Positions 9,709 to 18,622 of a stretch of DNA of 64,000 bases are shown in pieces. A program made the translations under genes and the position numbers. Origin of the DNA: an uncultured Acidobacteriota bacterium (GTDB lineage Bacteria; Actinomycetota; Acidimicrobiia; Spongiisociales; ZC4RG35); contig CAWHEU010000018.1 of the NCBI GenBank assembly GCA_963828465.1, positions 160,001 through 224,000 of the forward strand. The letters run 5' to 3'. The number at the start of each line of letters is the position of its first letter. The stretch's first letter is position 1. Under the pieces are notes generated by a model, which searched no databases, was not told where the DNA came from, and saw only the letters and a program-made list of their open reading frames with translations.

Positions 9709-10935
9709 GTGAAGCGGCGGTTCATTGCACTCCTCGTCACCTCTTTGGTGATGGTCGCTTGCGCCCAAACTCCGCCCGACCGCGGCGCCCTGCCTGATGT
9801 CGGCGAGGCCGTCGACCCACCCGCCCAATGCACGTTCCTGGTCGGGGAGCCACAGGGCGTGTTGGTGCAGGAGGTCACTCCCGATTCGGCAGCCGACGGG
9901 CTTCTGATCGTCGGTGATGTGATCGTGTCCTTCGACAATCAGCCAACCCTCGATTCCGAGTCCTTGCTCGCCGCCCTGGGCGAGAAAGAGGTGGGGGACG
10001 TCGTCGAGGTCTCTGTCATGAGAGGGGATGAGGAAACAGAGCAAACGCTGACCCTGGGCGATGCCTCCGGGGAGCCGAGGATCGGGGTCATGATCAGGAC
10101 CCAGTACCAGGCCGTCGAGGCGGCTGACATCGACACCGAAGTGGAGCCTGGGGCCCTGACACGCCCCATTGCCATCTCCGGCCTCATCTACCTGTTCAAC
10201 GCCGGCAGCAATGTATGGGAGCGCACCGAAGTCGAGGTGGCCGAGGAGATCAATTGGGTGGCGACCACCGCCGGCATCTACGGGATCCAGGACGAGGTCA
10301 TCACCGACCTGGTCGCGGGCGAGGAGATCACCCATGACGGGTTCGAGGGCTGGGAGCCGATCCGGGTCATCGGGTCCGTCGGCGAGGACTTGATCCTGGT
10401 CGTCACCCAGGAGGTCCCCGACGAACCAGAGCGAGTGGCTGTCGGCGTGTCACGGTTCAGCCCGTTCACGTCTGAGACCACCTGGGCTCAGCCGGTCGTG
10501 GAAGGATTCGGCATCCCCATCTCAGCGTTGGGATCACCTGATGGCAATGCAATCGCTGTTGTCGGTGTCAACGAGGGGGGCTCGGAGATAACGGGGATCG
10601 ACATTTGGGATGGTGATGGGACCCCCGGTGGCGTGGAGGATCTGATCGCGCTCGGGACACCGGTCGGTTGGATGGACGACAAATCCTTGCTGTTCAGGAC
10701 CGACGTCGAGGTCGCTTCCGTGCTCACCGTGCCCGGCGGCGCCACCGAGGAGATCACCCTGGAGCCTGCCATCGGAGGCCTTCCGCTGTTCCCCGTGGGT
10801 GACGGCCGGGGCGTACTTGCCCTCGACAGCCAATCCCTCGTCTTGGACGACGTGACTCTGGTCGGGGACCTGCAGGTTCTGGCCGAGAATTGCGATTTCA
10901 GTCGGGTCGGCGAGCCAGGCTGGAGCGTCGCCTAG
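9709..10935 (+). CDS. PDZ domain-containing lipoprotein
   Basis: Lipobox MVAC; GVLVQEVTPDSAADG..GDVIVSFD PDZ signature. Confidence 0.75.
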   Translation: MKRRFIALLVTSLVMVACAQTPPDRGALPDVGEAVDPPAQCTFLVGEPQGVLVQEVTPDSAADGLLIVGDVIVSFDNQPTLDSESLLAALGEKEVGDVVEVSVMRGDEETEQTLTLGDASGEPRIGVMIRTQYQAVEAADIDTEVEPGALTRPIAISGLIYLFNAGSNVWERTEVEVAEEINWVATTAGIYGIQDEVITDLVAGEEITHDGFEGWEPIRVIGSVGEDLILVVTQEVPDEPERVAVGVSRFSPFTSETTWAQPVVEGFGIPISALGSPDGNAIAVVGVNEGGSEITGIDIWDGDGTPGGVEDLIALGTPVGWMDDKSLLFRTDVEVASVLTVPGGATEEITLEPAIGGLPLFPVGDGRGVLALDSQSLVLDDVTLVGDLQVLAENCDFSRVGEPGWSVA

Positions 10936-13247
10936 CTCTTCTCCCCTTCGATCGTCTGTGGGTTGTTGCTCGTCGACGCCACTTCGCGTCCGGAACGCTC
11001 CAGGGCGACACGCTGTCGCTCTCCGGCCACCTCGTCAGACACCGCCTGCCATCCAGTCGGCTCGCGCATGGCCTGTGAGCCCGGCGCACTCTCCATGATC
11101 TCGGCCACCTCATCGCCGGAGATCGTCTTCTTCTCCTCGAGGACGGCTGCCAGTTCGAGAATCTTGTCCTGATTCGCCTCGAGCAGTTCGTTCACCCGCT
11201 CGTACAGGATCTCGAGGCTGGCTTCGATCTCGGCGCGCTGCTCACGGAGTGCGATCGACACCGGGCTCGCCTGCCCACCCATTCCCGACTCGCGGGTATT
11301 CATCGCCGAGGCGAGACCCGAGCCCATGCCAAAAGACCCTTCCATCAGGGCGGCCACGGTCGAGGCAGAAGAAAGGTCCCCGGAGACCCCCGAGCTGTTG
11401 TCGCCGGCGAAGAACAGACGCTCACCTGCGAGAGAGGCCAGTGACACCATGATGTCGGTCTCCATCTCGGAGCGCCATTGGGTGAACCTCTCCTCCTGGC
11501 CCATCGACTTGACCATGCCCAGCGTGGAGGCTCTCTTCTCGATCGACACCATGTCGATCCGACGATGGGCGCCCAGAAGATGGGCGGTCACGGCGTGGCA
11601 GGCCTCGTGGATGGCGACGGCATGGCGTTCCCGCTGGATGTAGTCGACGTCCTCTGGTGGTCCGAGCTCTTTGAGAGACTTGGCCTTCCAGATGTCCTTC
11701 CACTCGATGGCCTCGCGGTCGTCCCTGACGGCGATGATGAGGGCCTCGTTGACCATGTCCTTGATCTTGGCTCCGGAGTACATCGGGGTCACGACGGCGA
11801 GACGTTCGATGTCATCCTCGGTGAGGTGATGCTCCACCTTGTTGAGGTATCCGACGATGGTCTGCTTGCGCCCCTCCTTGGAGGGATATCCCATCTTGTA
11901 GATCCGGTCGATGCGGCCGGGGCGAAGCATCGCCTCATCGAGGGCGTTTGGCATGTTGGTCGCCATGATGTGGAGGAGGCGGTACTTGGGAGGTGGCTTT
12001 GCCCGGAACCCGAGCAGCTTGCGAAACTTGTTGGTGATTCCGCGTGGCTTGGCCAGTCCGTTCATCTCGGTGAGCAGAGCCTGAAGGACACCCATGCCTC
12101 CGCCACCCCCCATCCCACCCATGATGATGCGGTCGATGAACCCGGGGTTTGGCTCTTCGACGGCGCGAGCCTCCTCGCCGGCCCAGTGGTTGGTCAGCAT
12201 GTCCTGAGTTTGCGGGGTCAAATAGTTGAACCCATTGCAAGAGAAGCCCCCGTAGGACATCGCCGCCGCTCCGAGCTGGCCAGTCGGTGACCCCATCTGC
12301 CCTCTCGACCCCAGCGAGTCCGCCTCGTCGAAGAAAACGATGACCCCGCCATGACGAAGACTGAGCTTGCGCAGCTTGCGGTAGAGACCCTTGACCTTGA
12401 GCAGTCCGATGCCCATGAACATGTTGACGAAGGCACCGGGCTCGACGAAGACATATGGCCGCCCTGTTTCCCCGGCTACTGCCTGAGCAAGCAGGGTCTT
12501 TCCCGTTCCCGGAGGGCCCCAGAGGAGGATCCCACCGGGTATGTAGCCACCCTTTTCCTCGATCTCGTCAGGTTTCTCCAGAAAGGCGATGTTCTCCCGG
12601 ATCAGATCGAGGACGTGGTCCTGGCCCCACACGTCGTCGAAGCGTGTGGTGACCTCTTCGGGGAGGATCACGTCGGTACCACCCCGGGACAGCAACCAGA
12701 AGATCCCGATGAACTGGATGGCGACGAAGAGGAAGCCAAACGAGAGCTGGAGAATGAAGGGGAAGGCCTGGGCAAAGAGACGCGGTGCCGCGGCCAGCGC
12801 TTCCAACGGCCCGTTGACCTCGGCGACGAAATAGTCGATGAGCAAGGCGGCCACGAAGATGTAGATCACCCTGCGGATGAAGCGACCCACCCGGAACCTG
12901 GTCCACGGTTTCATGTGGGCGTGGGTCCAACGCTCGATGCCCCCGAAGAAGCTGTCCTGCCAGAACGAGTTGTACGCCGCTGACCTTTCGGACAGCCAGT
13001 AATGGATCTGTCGGGTCAGCTCGAGCAGGAAAAGGATTCCCAGCGCCATCCCTGCCGTGGACGTGAAGAAAACGGCGGCGGCCTCCCAGAAGCTGATGAA
13101 TCCGACATCCTCGCTACTGGCGATGATGGCGCCGATGATGACGGCGAGGAGCACGAGGATCTTGATCCGGTCCCACGTGTCGGCCCGGCGCCTGGTGGCG
13201 CGTATGTCCCGCTGCCTGGTGTTCAAGCCCTCTTGTTTACGAGCCAT
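10932..13247 (-). CDS. FtsH-like membrane AAA+ ATPase / M41 metalloprotease
   Basis: N-term TM helices, GPPGTGKT, FFDEAD, ATN..LD.A.LRPGRIDR, HEACH zinc motif. Confidence 0.88.
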   Translation of the reverse strand: MARKQEGLNTRQRDIRATRRRADTWDRIKILVLLAVIIGAIIASSEDVGFISFWEAAAVFFTSTAGMALGILFLLELTRQIHYWLSERSAAYNSFWQDSFFGGIERWTHAHMKPWTRFRVGRFIRRVIYIFVAALLIDYFVAEVNGPLEALAAAPRLFAQAFPFILQLSFGFLFVAIQFIGIFWLLSRGGTDVILPEEVTTRFDDVWGQDHVLDLIRENIAFLEKPDEIEEKGGYIPGGILLWGPPGTGKTLLAQAVAGETGRPYVFVEPGAFVNMFMGIGLLKVKGLYRKLRKLSLRHGGVIVFFDEADSLGSRGQMGSPTGQLGAAAMSYGGFSCNGFNYLTPQTQDMLTNHWAGEEARAVEEPNPGFIDRIIMGGMGGGGGMGVLQALLTEMNGLAKPRGITNKFRKLLGFRAKPPPKYRLLHIMATNMPNALDEAMLRPGRIDRIYKMGYPSKEGRKQTIVGYLNKVEHHLTEDDIERLAVVTPMYSGAKIKDMVNEALIIAVRDDREAIEWKDIWKAKSLKELGPPEDVDYIQRERHAVAIHEACHAVTAHLLGAHRRIDMVSIEKRASTLGMVKSMGQEERFTQWRSEMETDIMVSLASLAGERLFFAGDNSSGVSGDLSSASTVAALMEGSFGMGSGLASAMNTRESGMGGQASPVSIALREQRAEIEASLEILYERVNELLEANQDKILELAAVLEEKKTISGDEVAEIMESAPGSQAMREPTGWQAVSDEVAGERQRVALERSGREVASTSNNPQTIEGEKS

Positions 13248-13885
13248 GAATCGACCACTCCCTCGATCGCGTCTTGATTGGCGATGAAACATTCACGATT
13301 GCACCCGGCGATCATCGAATACATGCGGGTGTCGTCCTCATTGGACACGGAGATCAGATAGGCCACTCCCTGGGCGGTCGCCGCCTCGTCCTGGAAAGCG
13401 ACAAGCACTCTGACCCCGTCGAACCCGTTGCCGAAGCTGAAGTCCTCTTTGGTGATCTCCTCGCTGTTGGAGAGCCCGTAATACGGAAGGACGGACTGGG
13501 TCAGCATTGCACGGGAGAGGAGGTCTTTCTCGACCTCGCCGACCTGCCGCACGGACATCGATCCAATCGGGTATTCGGCCTCGGCGAGGTCTTTCGCCAC
13601 ATTGGAGACGTCGCGTACCGGGCCACCGTCGAATCCGACGCTGCTGATTGCAGGAAAACTGAAGCCCTGGACCTGCTCGTCGAAGGGCATGTCCTCCAGC
13701 TCGGAGAGCTCGGAGTGCTCGTAGACATGCCATGACTCCGGCAGATCGAACCGGCTCAAGCGCTCATCGTCGGTGAAGGTGACCACACCATCCGACTCCC
13801 CACCGGAACACGCCGCGAGCAGGAAGAAGAAGCTCGCCGCGATCATCAACCCGAGACGGGAGGTAGCGATCCTTCTGATGGCCAC
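13223..13885 (-). CDS. putative lipoprotein
   Basis: Lipobox LAAC; overlaps the start of the FtsH-like gene. Confidence 0.7.
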   Translation of the reverse strand: MAIRRIATSRLGLMIAASFFFLLAACSGGESDGVVTFTDDERLSRFDLPESWHVYEHSELSELEDMPFDEQVQGFSFPAISSVGFDGGPVRDVSNVAKDLAEAEYPIGSMSVRQVGEVEKDLLSRAMLTQSVLPYYGLSNSEEITKEDFSFGNGFDGVRVLVAFQDEAATAQGVAYLISVSNEDDTRMYSMIAGCNRECFIANQDAIEGVVDSWLVNKRA

Positions 13886-13929
13886 CAGCCTAGAGCCAGT
13901 GCCGAGTTTGTTGGCCAGAACCGGGATGT

Positions 13930-14856
13930 TTGCCGCTATCTTCCCCAGCCGTGAACCCCGTCACGAGACATCTGGTCCTCCGTGCTGAGGATGCCCGTTA
14001 CGACGTGCCATCGGAGATGGCGGATCACGTTTCCGGGTATGCCCGATGGTCGATGGTCGACCACACCACCCCCGGAGCCGTGCACACCGGATTCGGGGTG
14101 AGCAGGCTCAACGCCGGCGGGATGGTCGATGCACATGTCCACTCGTTCGAGGAGTCGTTCTACGTGCTGGATGGCTCGGTCATCGTCGAGACCCCTGAAG
14201 CAACGGTCGAGCTGGTGCCTGGTGACTACGGGATGGTCCCGATCGGCCTGCCCCATGCCTGGCGAAACGAATCAGGTCAGGATGCGAGCTGGGCCGACCT
14301 GATGACACCTCAACCCCGCCCGTGGTTCGACGGCGACACCTACTTCGTTCCCGGGCCGCCCGAACAAAAGCCGATACCGGTCGATCCCCGTGACCCGAGG
14401 ACCCGTTCCTTCGGGCACATCGCGCCGGAGAACATGGATCCGGGCAGGCAGAGCCAGGACCTCTTGGCGGTGTCGGCCAGCATGCGTACGGCCCTGCTCG
14501 TCTACACCGGCATCACGGTCAAGATGATGTCCGACACCGACCTTGGCGCCCAACTGTCCACGATGTTCATGGTCCAGTACGACCCTCGGGGTGGTCCCGG
14601 ATTCCACGACCATCCACTCGAGGAGACCTACTTCATCCTCGATGGCGAGGTCGAGGCATGGTTCGATGGCGAGCAGTATCTGCTGAAGGCCGGCGACGTC
14701 GCCTTCGCCGGGGTGGGAGCGGTTCATGCTTTCAACAACGCCACCGAGACCACGGTGCGCTGGCTGGAGACACAAGCGCCGGGCCCTCCGGCACGACATT
14801 CCTACCGCTTCGCCCGGGACTGGGACTATTTGACCGAGCGTCTCGGCGAGGGTTGA
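13930..14856 (+). CDS. bicupin protein
   Basis: Two cupin motifs: HVHSFEESFY..PHAWRN and HDHPLEETYF..VHAFNN. Confidence 0.85.
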   Translation: MPLSSPAVNPVTRHLVLRAEDARYDVPSEMADHVSGYARWSMVDHTTPGAVHTGFGVSRLNAGGMVDAHVHSFEESFYVLDGSVIVETPEATVELVPGDYGMVPIGLPHAWRNESGQDASWADLMTPQPRPWFDGDTYFVPGPPEQKPIPVDPRDPRTRSFGHIAPENMDPGRQSQDLLAVSASMRTALLVYTGITVKMMSDTDLGAQLSTMFMVQYDPRGGPGFHDHPLEETYFILDGEVEAWFDGEQYLLKAGDVAFAGVGAVHAFNNATETTVRWLETQAPGPPARHSYRFARDWDYLTERLGEG

Positions 14857-14858
14857 GC

Positions 14859-15765
14859 TCAGTCCTGCGTCAACGAGAGCCGGTCATAGGCGATGCCTCG
14901 CCCGAGCTCCTCGGCCCGACAGGTCAGGTAATCGGGTTCGTGGAGCTCCCGAGCCCCAACCTGGACCCGGTAATCGATCCCCTCAGGCACGCGAAAGACC
15001 ACCTCGGCTTGATCGTGGCTGGAACGTCGATATTCGACGATCGTGAGATCGTCGAGTCCGGTCAAGCCCATGGACTCGCGTAGGAAGTGCTCGGCAGCCT
15101 GTAGTAGCCGGGGATGGATGCTCCTACCGCGGTGATGAGAGAGGTCGAGCCTCCCCGCCTCGTACTCTGCGACGACATACGCCGCATCCTCTGGCCCGAC
15201 ACGACCGAAGTAGTCACCTCGTGGGAGCACGAGGACATTCCCGGCGAAGCGGTCTCCTCCTATGTGGGAGACCTCCCACGTCTGATCCGGGCGGAGCTGT
15301 GACATAGCTCGATAGAGGGGCCGTCCGTTGTCGGCGCAACATATGTCATGTCGGCCGTGCGTGCAGACGAGATAGACCGGATCCTCGACCGGCTCGCCGA
15401 ATTCGGACATCCTGCCCTCGGCCAGACCTGCGATGTCGAGACCGGCGACCTCGGCCGGATCTGAGAACGAGCCTGCAACCAGCGAGGGCTGGCGATCGAG
15501 CGCCGCCGGAGCTCGCCAGGTAGATGACGGGTGGCCGATCCTCACCATTCCGTCTCCGTATGAGCAAGGTCCTGATCCCGAGTCGGTTCGCGGCTTCGGT
15601 CAGCGGCCTGGCACTCTCCGGGAACCCGCTTTCGGTGAGGGCGTCGGGGCCCCACGCTCCCGGCTGCTCGAACAGGATCCAGGCATTGACCAGCGAGGCG
15701 GTCGCGAACAATTCCTCCTCACGCCCCAAGGACTCGCCGGAGCAACGAGGGCGCCCCGGGATCAC
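14859..15765 (-). CDS. sucrase/ferredoxin-like (Apd1/Aim32-type thioredoxin-like [2Fe-2S]) protein; frameshift near 15490-15510
   Basis: 5' part WILFEQPGAWGPDAL; 3' part LVCTHGRHDICCA and WEVSHIGGDRFAGN in another frame. GTG overlaps the oxygenase stop. Confidence 0.85.
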
Positions 15766-16952
15766 TCGACGACCTCGAGCAATCCTTCCACGATGAGACG
15801 GCGGACCAGCACGATGCGACCGGCTTCGTCGAGATATGGGGCCAATTGCGATACCGGGAGTTGCTCGTGTCGGAGCATGATCTCCACGGCGGGTTCGAGC
15901 CAGGCCGGCATTCTCAACTCCCGGTCACCGAGGAGCACGGACAGCTCACCATCTGCCGACGAAAGGGCGCACATGGCCCCCTCCCGCTTTCGTACGACGG
16001 ACTCGTCTGCGAGATCGTCGAGCGCAAGCAGCTGGTGGATCTGTCCACGTAGGACGGGTTGTCGCGTGGTCAGAAACCGTCGGCGGAGCCGTTCGGTGAT
16101 GATGCCGGCGTCTGCCTTGGCGAGCAGGGCGCCAAGTTCGGTGAGCCGCTCCTCGACGATCTGACCCAAGTCGTTCTTGTCGGCGAACCTGAGGGGCAGA
16201 GGCTCATTGACTATCAGATCCCCGCTGGTGAGCTTCACGGCCTCGTTCAACACCGTCGCCCAGGTGAGGCTGAGGATGCCGACCGTGATGTGGACCGACG
16301 CATCATCCTGCGTGCTGGCGGAATGTGGGAACCCGGCCGGGATGTAGAGCGAGTCACCCGGGCCGATGGCCGAATCGATCAGCGCTGGCCTGGTTGGGGG
16401 CAAGTCGTGCCGCTCGTGAACCTTCCATTGCTTCGTGCCGTGCGATTGCAGGACAAACACGTCGTGCTCATCCTCGTGGGCGTCAAATCCCTGCGATCCG
16501 GGTGGTGTGACATAGGCGTTGGCCTGAACGGGATGCCCCAGAGACTGTTCGAGTTGCCTGCAGAACAGAGCGAGAGGCTCCCAGTAGCGGTGCATGCCCT
16601 GGAAAACCATGGTCGCTCCAGAGCCAAACTCGCTGAACACCGCCCTGGCATCGAGCACGCCAATCGCTACATCGGAGCCGGTCCGGGTCGTCTTCGTGTA
16701 GCTGCCCGAAGGAAGGCTGTCTCCGTCCTTGACCAATCGAAAGGCCGGTAGGCGCAGACCTTGGGAGGAGACGATGCGATCGACGTCGTCCAAAGAGAGG
16801 AGGTCGTCGAACCCCCCACCCCCGTCGGCCCTCCGATACAGGGGTCTCTCACCCCAGAATTCTTGTTCGAATCGTCCCGGATCACCGACGCACCGGCTGA
16901 GGGCGCCGGGATCCGAGGGTTCGATTGGGTCGGACTCGGAATGCAGGGTCAG
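15762..16952 (-). CDS. JmjC/cupin 2OG-Fe(II) oxygenase, ROXA/YcfD/NO66-like
   Basis: FWGERPL, ANAYVTPPGSQGFDAHEDEHDVFVLQSHGTKQW, PGDSLYIPAGFPH, C-terminal winged-helix-like LVRRLIVEGLL. Frame is open up to a CTG overlapping the upstream peptide stop. Confidence 0.9.
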   Translation of the reverse strand: MTLHSESDPIEPSDPGALSRCVGDPGRFEQEFWGERPLYRRADGGGGFDDLLSLDDVDRIVSSQGLRLPAFRLVKDGDSLPSGSYTKTTRTGSDVAIGVLDARAVFSEFGSGATMVFQGMHRYWEPLALFCRQLEQSLGHPVQANAYVTPPGSQGFDAHEDEHDVFVLQSHGTKQWKVHERHDLPPTRPALIDSAIGPGDSLYIPAGFPHSASTQDDASVHITVGILSLTWATVLNEAVKLTSGDLIVNEPLPLRFADKNDLGQIVEERLTELGALLAKADAGIITERLRRRFLTTRQPVLRGQIHQLLALDDLADESVVRKREGAMCALSSADGELSVLLGDRELRMPAWLEPAVEIMLRHEQLPVSQLAPYLDEAGRIVLVRRLIVEGLLEVVE

Positions 16953-17176
16953 CTGTCCCGGGAGTCGGTGTCGGTTGTGTCGACACCATCCGTGTCCGTC
17001 GTGTCTACCCCGTCGGTGTCGGTGGAGTCGACTCCGTCGCTATCTGTCGAGTCGACGCCGTCCGAGTCTTGATCCGTCGAATCGCTGTCCCGCGTGGTCG
17101 CCGTCGGTCCCGCAGGAACGACCGTACGGATGTCTTCGTCGCTCAGGGTCCCGGGAGTGGTCTCACTCTCGCTCAT
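16949..17176 (-). CDS. Asp-rich repeat peptide, candidate RiPP precursor
   Basis: 75 aa; GAGGAG RBS; leader containing LSDEDIRTV; core with 4x D[ST]DGVD[ST]T. Confidence 0.8.
   Translation of the reverse strand: MSESETTPGTLSDEDIRTVVPAGPTATTRDSDSTDQDSDGVDSTDSDGVDSTDTDGVDTTDTDGVDTTDTDSRDS
16952..17089 (-). repeat. imperfect 24-nt coding tandem repeats (four full units plus partial flanks)
   Basis: gac ggc gtc gac tcg aca / gac gga gtc gac tcc acc / gac ggg gta gac acg acg / gat ggt gtc gac aca acc. Confidence 0.85.
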
Positions 17177-17247
17177 GTCGTCTCTCCTCGATCGAGGGCG
17201 TTCAAGCCCGAAGGTACAGGCGGATACCTACCCGGAATCAACCGGAT

Positions 17248-17610
17248 CTACGCAGACGCCTCGACGGCAGCGTTGTCACTCGTCGCCAGCACGAGCTGCC
17301 CGTCGCAGGAGATGTAGACCACCTCGATGTTGGCGCCGGCATTTGCCACGCGTCGACCGATCTCGCCCATCTCGCCGGGGCGGTTCTCGAAGGCGACTTT
17401 CACGACTTCATTGTCGGCGCCAACCTGGATACCCGCTTCGGTGAGGGCCGACCTCGCCGCGGCGGCGTCCTCGACGAGGATGTGCACCTCGCCGGACCCG
17501 GCCGTGCCCGAAATGCCGTCGATGTTCACGCCGGCACGTCCCAGTGCATCGCCCATATCGGCCAGAGCGCCAGGGCGGTCCTCCAATGTGACTGTCAGAT
17601 CGCGTGCCAT
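17248..17610 (-). CDS. tandem ACT domain protein
   Basis: LEDRPGALA..LGRAGVNI and FENRPGEMG..VANAGANI; AAAGGAG RBS. Confidence 0.85.
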   Translation of the reverse strand: MARDLTVTLEDRPGALADMGDALGRAGVNIDGISGTAGSGEVHILVEDAAAARSALTEAGIQVGADNEVVKVAFENRPGEMGEIGRRVANAGANIEVVYISCDGQLVLATSDNAAVEASA

Positions 17611-17667
17611 GAGTGCTCCTTTCTGACGGTCGAAACCTACGCCGATGGGTTGGTCTACGGTTGGAGG

Positions 17668-18057
17668 ATGGCTACGTGGGACGACGTCCGCCGAATCGCA
17701 CTCGATCTCCCGGAGACGTCGGAGCGTACGAATCAGGGAGTGCTGCAATGGCGGGTCAAGGAGAAGCCATTGACCTGGGAGCGTCCCCTACGTCGGGCGG
17801 ACTACCAGGCGCTGGGGGATTCGGCTCCGGAAGGACCGATCGTCGCAGTCTGGGTCGATGACGTGGGGGTCAAGGAGGCGCTCCTTTCCGAAGACCCCGA
17901 CGTGTTCTTCACGACACCCCATTTCGACGACTACGCCATCGTCCTGATCCGTCTCGAGGAGATTTCGGTGTCTGAGCTCGAAGAGCTGATCATCGAGGCC
18001 TGGCTCGACCGCGCCCCGAAACGATTGGTCAGCGAGTACCTGAAAGTGTCTGAGTGA
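17668..18057 (+). CDS. MmcQ/YjbR family protein
   Basis: MATWDDVRRIALDLP..FFTTPHFDDY..ELIIEAWLDRAPKRL; GGAGG RBS. Confidence 0.85.
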   Translation: MATWDDVRRIALDLPETSERTNQGVLQWRVKEKPLTWERPLRRADYQALGDSAPEGPIVAVWVDDVGVKEALLSEDPDVFFTTPHFDDYAIVLIRLEEISVSELEELIIEAWLDRAPKRLVSEYLKVSE

Positions 18058-18061
18058 CTGG

Positions 18062-18610
18062 TTAGCTAGAGATCCGACCGAGGAACCAAGCCACGCCATC
18101 GCCCTCGTAGTCCGCCAGAATCTCGAGTTCGGCGAAGGCTTCCCGTAGCTCTCTGGGCCCTGCGTGGAAGCGACCAGGCTCGCCACCGACTTCGCTGAGA
18201 CTGGCGATGGCGAGCAGTCCACGGGGCGCCAGCCGCTCGATCAATTCTCGATCCAGCCGTGGCTCCCGATACATATGGCACACCACTAGATCCATCCGCG
18301 GCCCCGGAGGCAAACCCTCATCCAAATCCCAGACCTCGAACCGACACTGATCGGCAACACCGCTGCGTTGCGCCAGCTCGCGGGCGAATTCGATGGCGAT
18401 CGGCGAGACATCGACACCGAGCACATCCAGACCCCGAAGGGCCAGCCAGATCGACAGCTCGCCACGGCCGGAGGCGATTTCTAGGGCGCTGCCTTCGACC
18501 GGGAACAGATCCTCGATCACAGCGAACACAGATGGCGGACCCGGGTCACCGGAAGCAGGACCCGCCTCGGCGTGCCGCTCGTCCCAACGTCGGCGGTCAG
18601 CTTCACTCAC
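18062..18610 (-). CDS. class I SAM-dependent methyltransferase (TehB-like)
   Basis: ALEIASGRG, GVDVSP; start inferred. Confidence 0.82.
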   Translation of the reverse strand: MSEADRRRWDERHAEAGPASGDPGPPSVFAVIEDLFPVEGSALEIASGRGELSIWLALRGLDVLGVDVSPIAIEFARELAQRSGVADQCRFEVWDLDEGLPPGPRMDLVVCHMYREPRLDRELIERLAPRGLLAIASLSEVGGEPGRFHAGPRELREAFAELEILADYEGDGVAWFLGRISS

Positions 18611-18622
18611 GGCTGGCACAAT

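Noticed and set aside
13930-14856. Bicupin as part of the peptide operon
   Set aside because: Opposite, convergent strand; nothing links it beyond adjacency.
16952-17089. Tandem repeats as a CRISPR array or non-coding VNTR
   Set aside because: No unique spacers and no cas genes; the variation is synonymous within a coding frame.
16729-17667. N-terminal 313 aa of the 442-aa plus-strand ORF
   Set aside because: Spurious extension overlapping three minus-strand genes; the real MmcQ/YjbR gene starts at 17668 with its own RBS.
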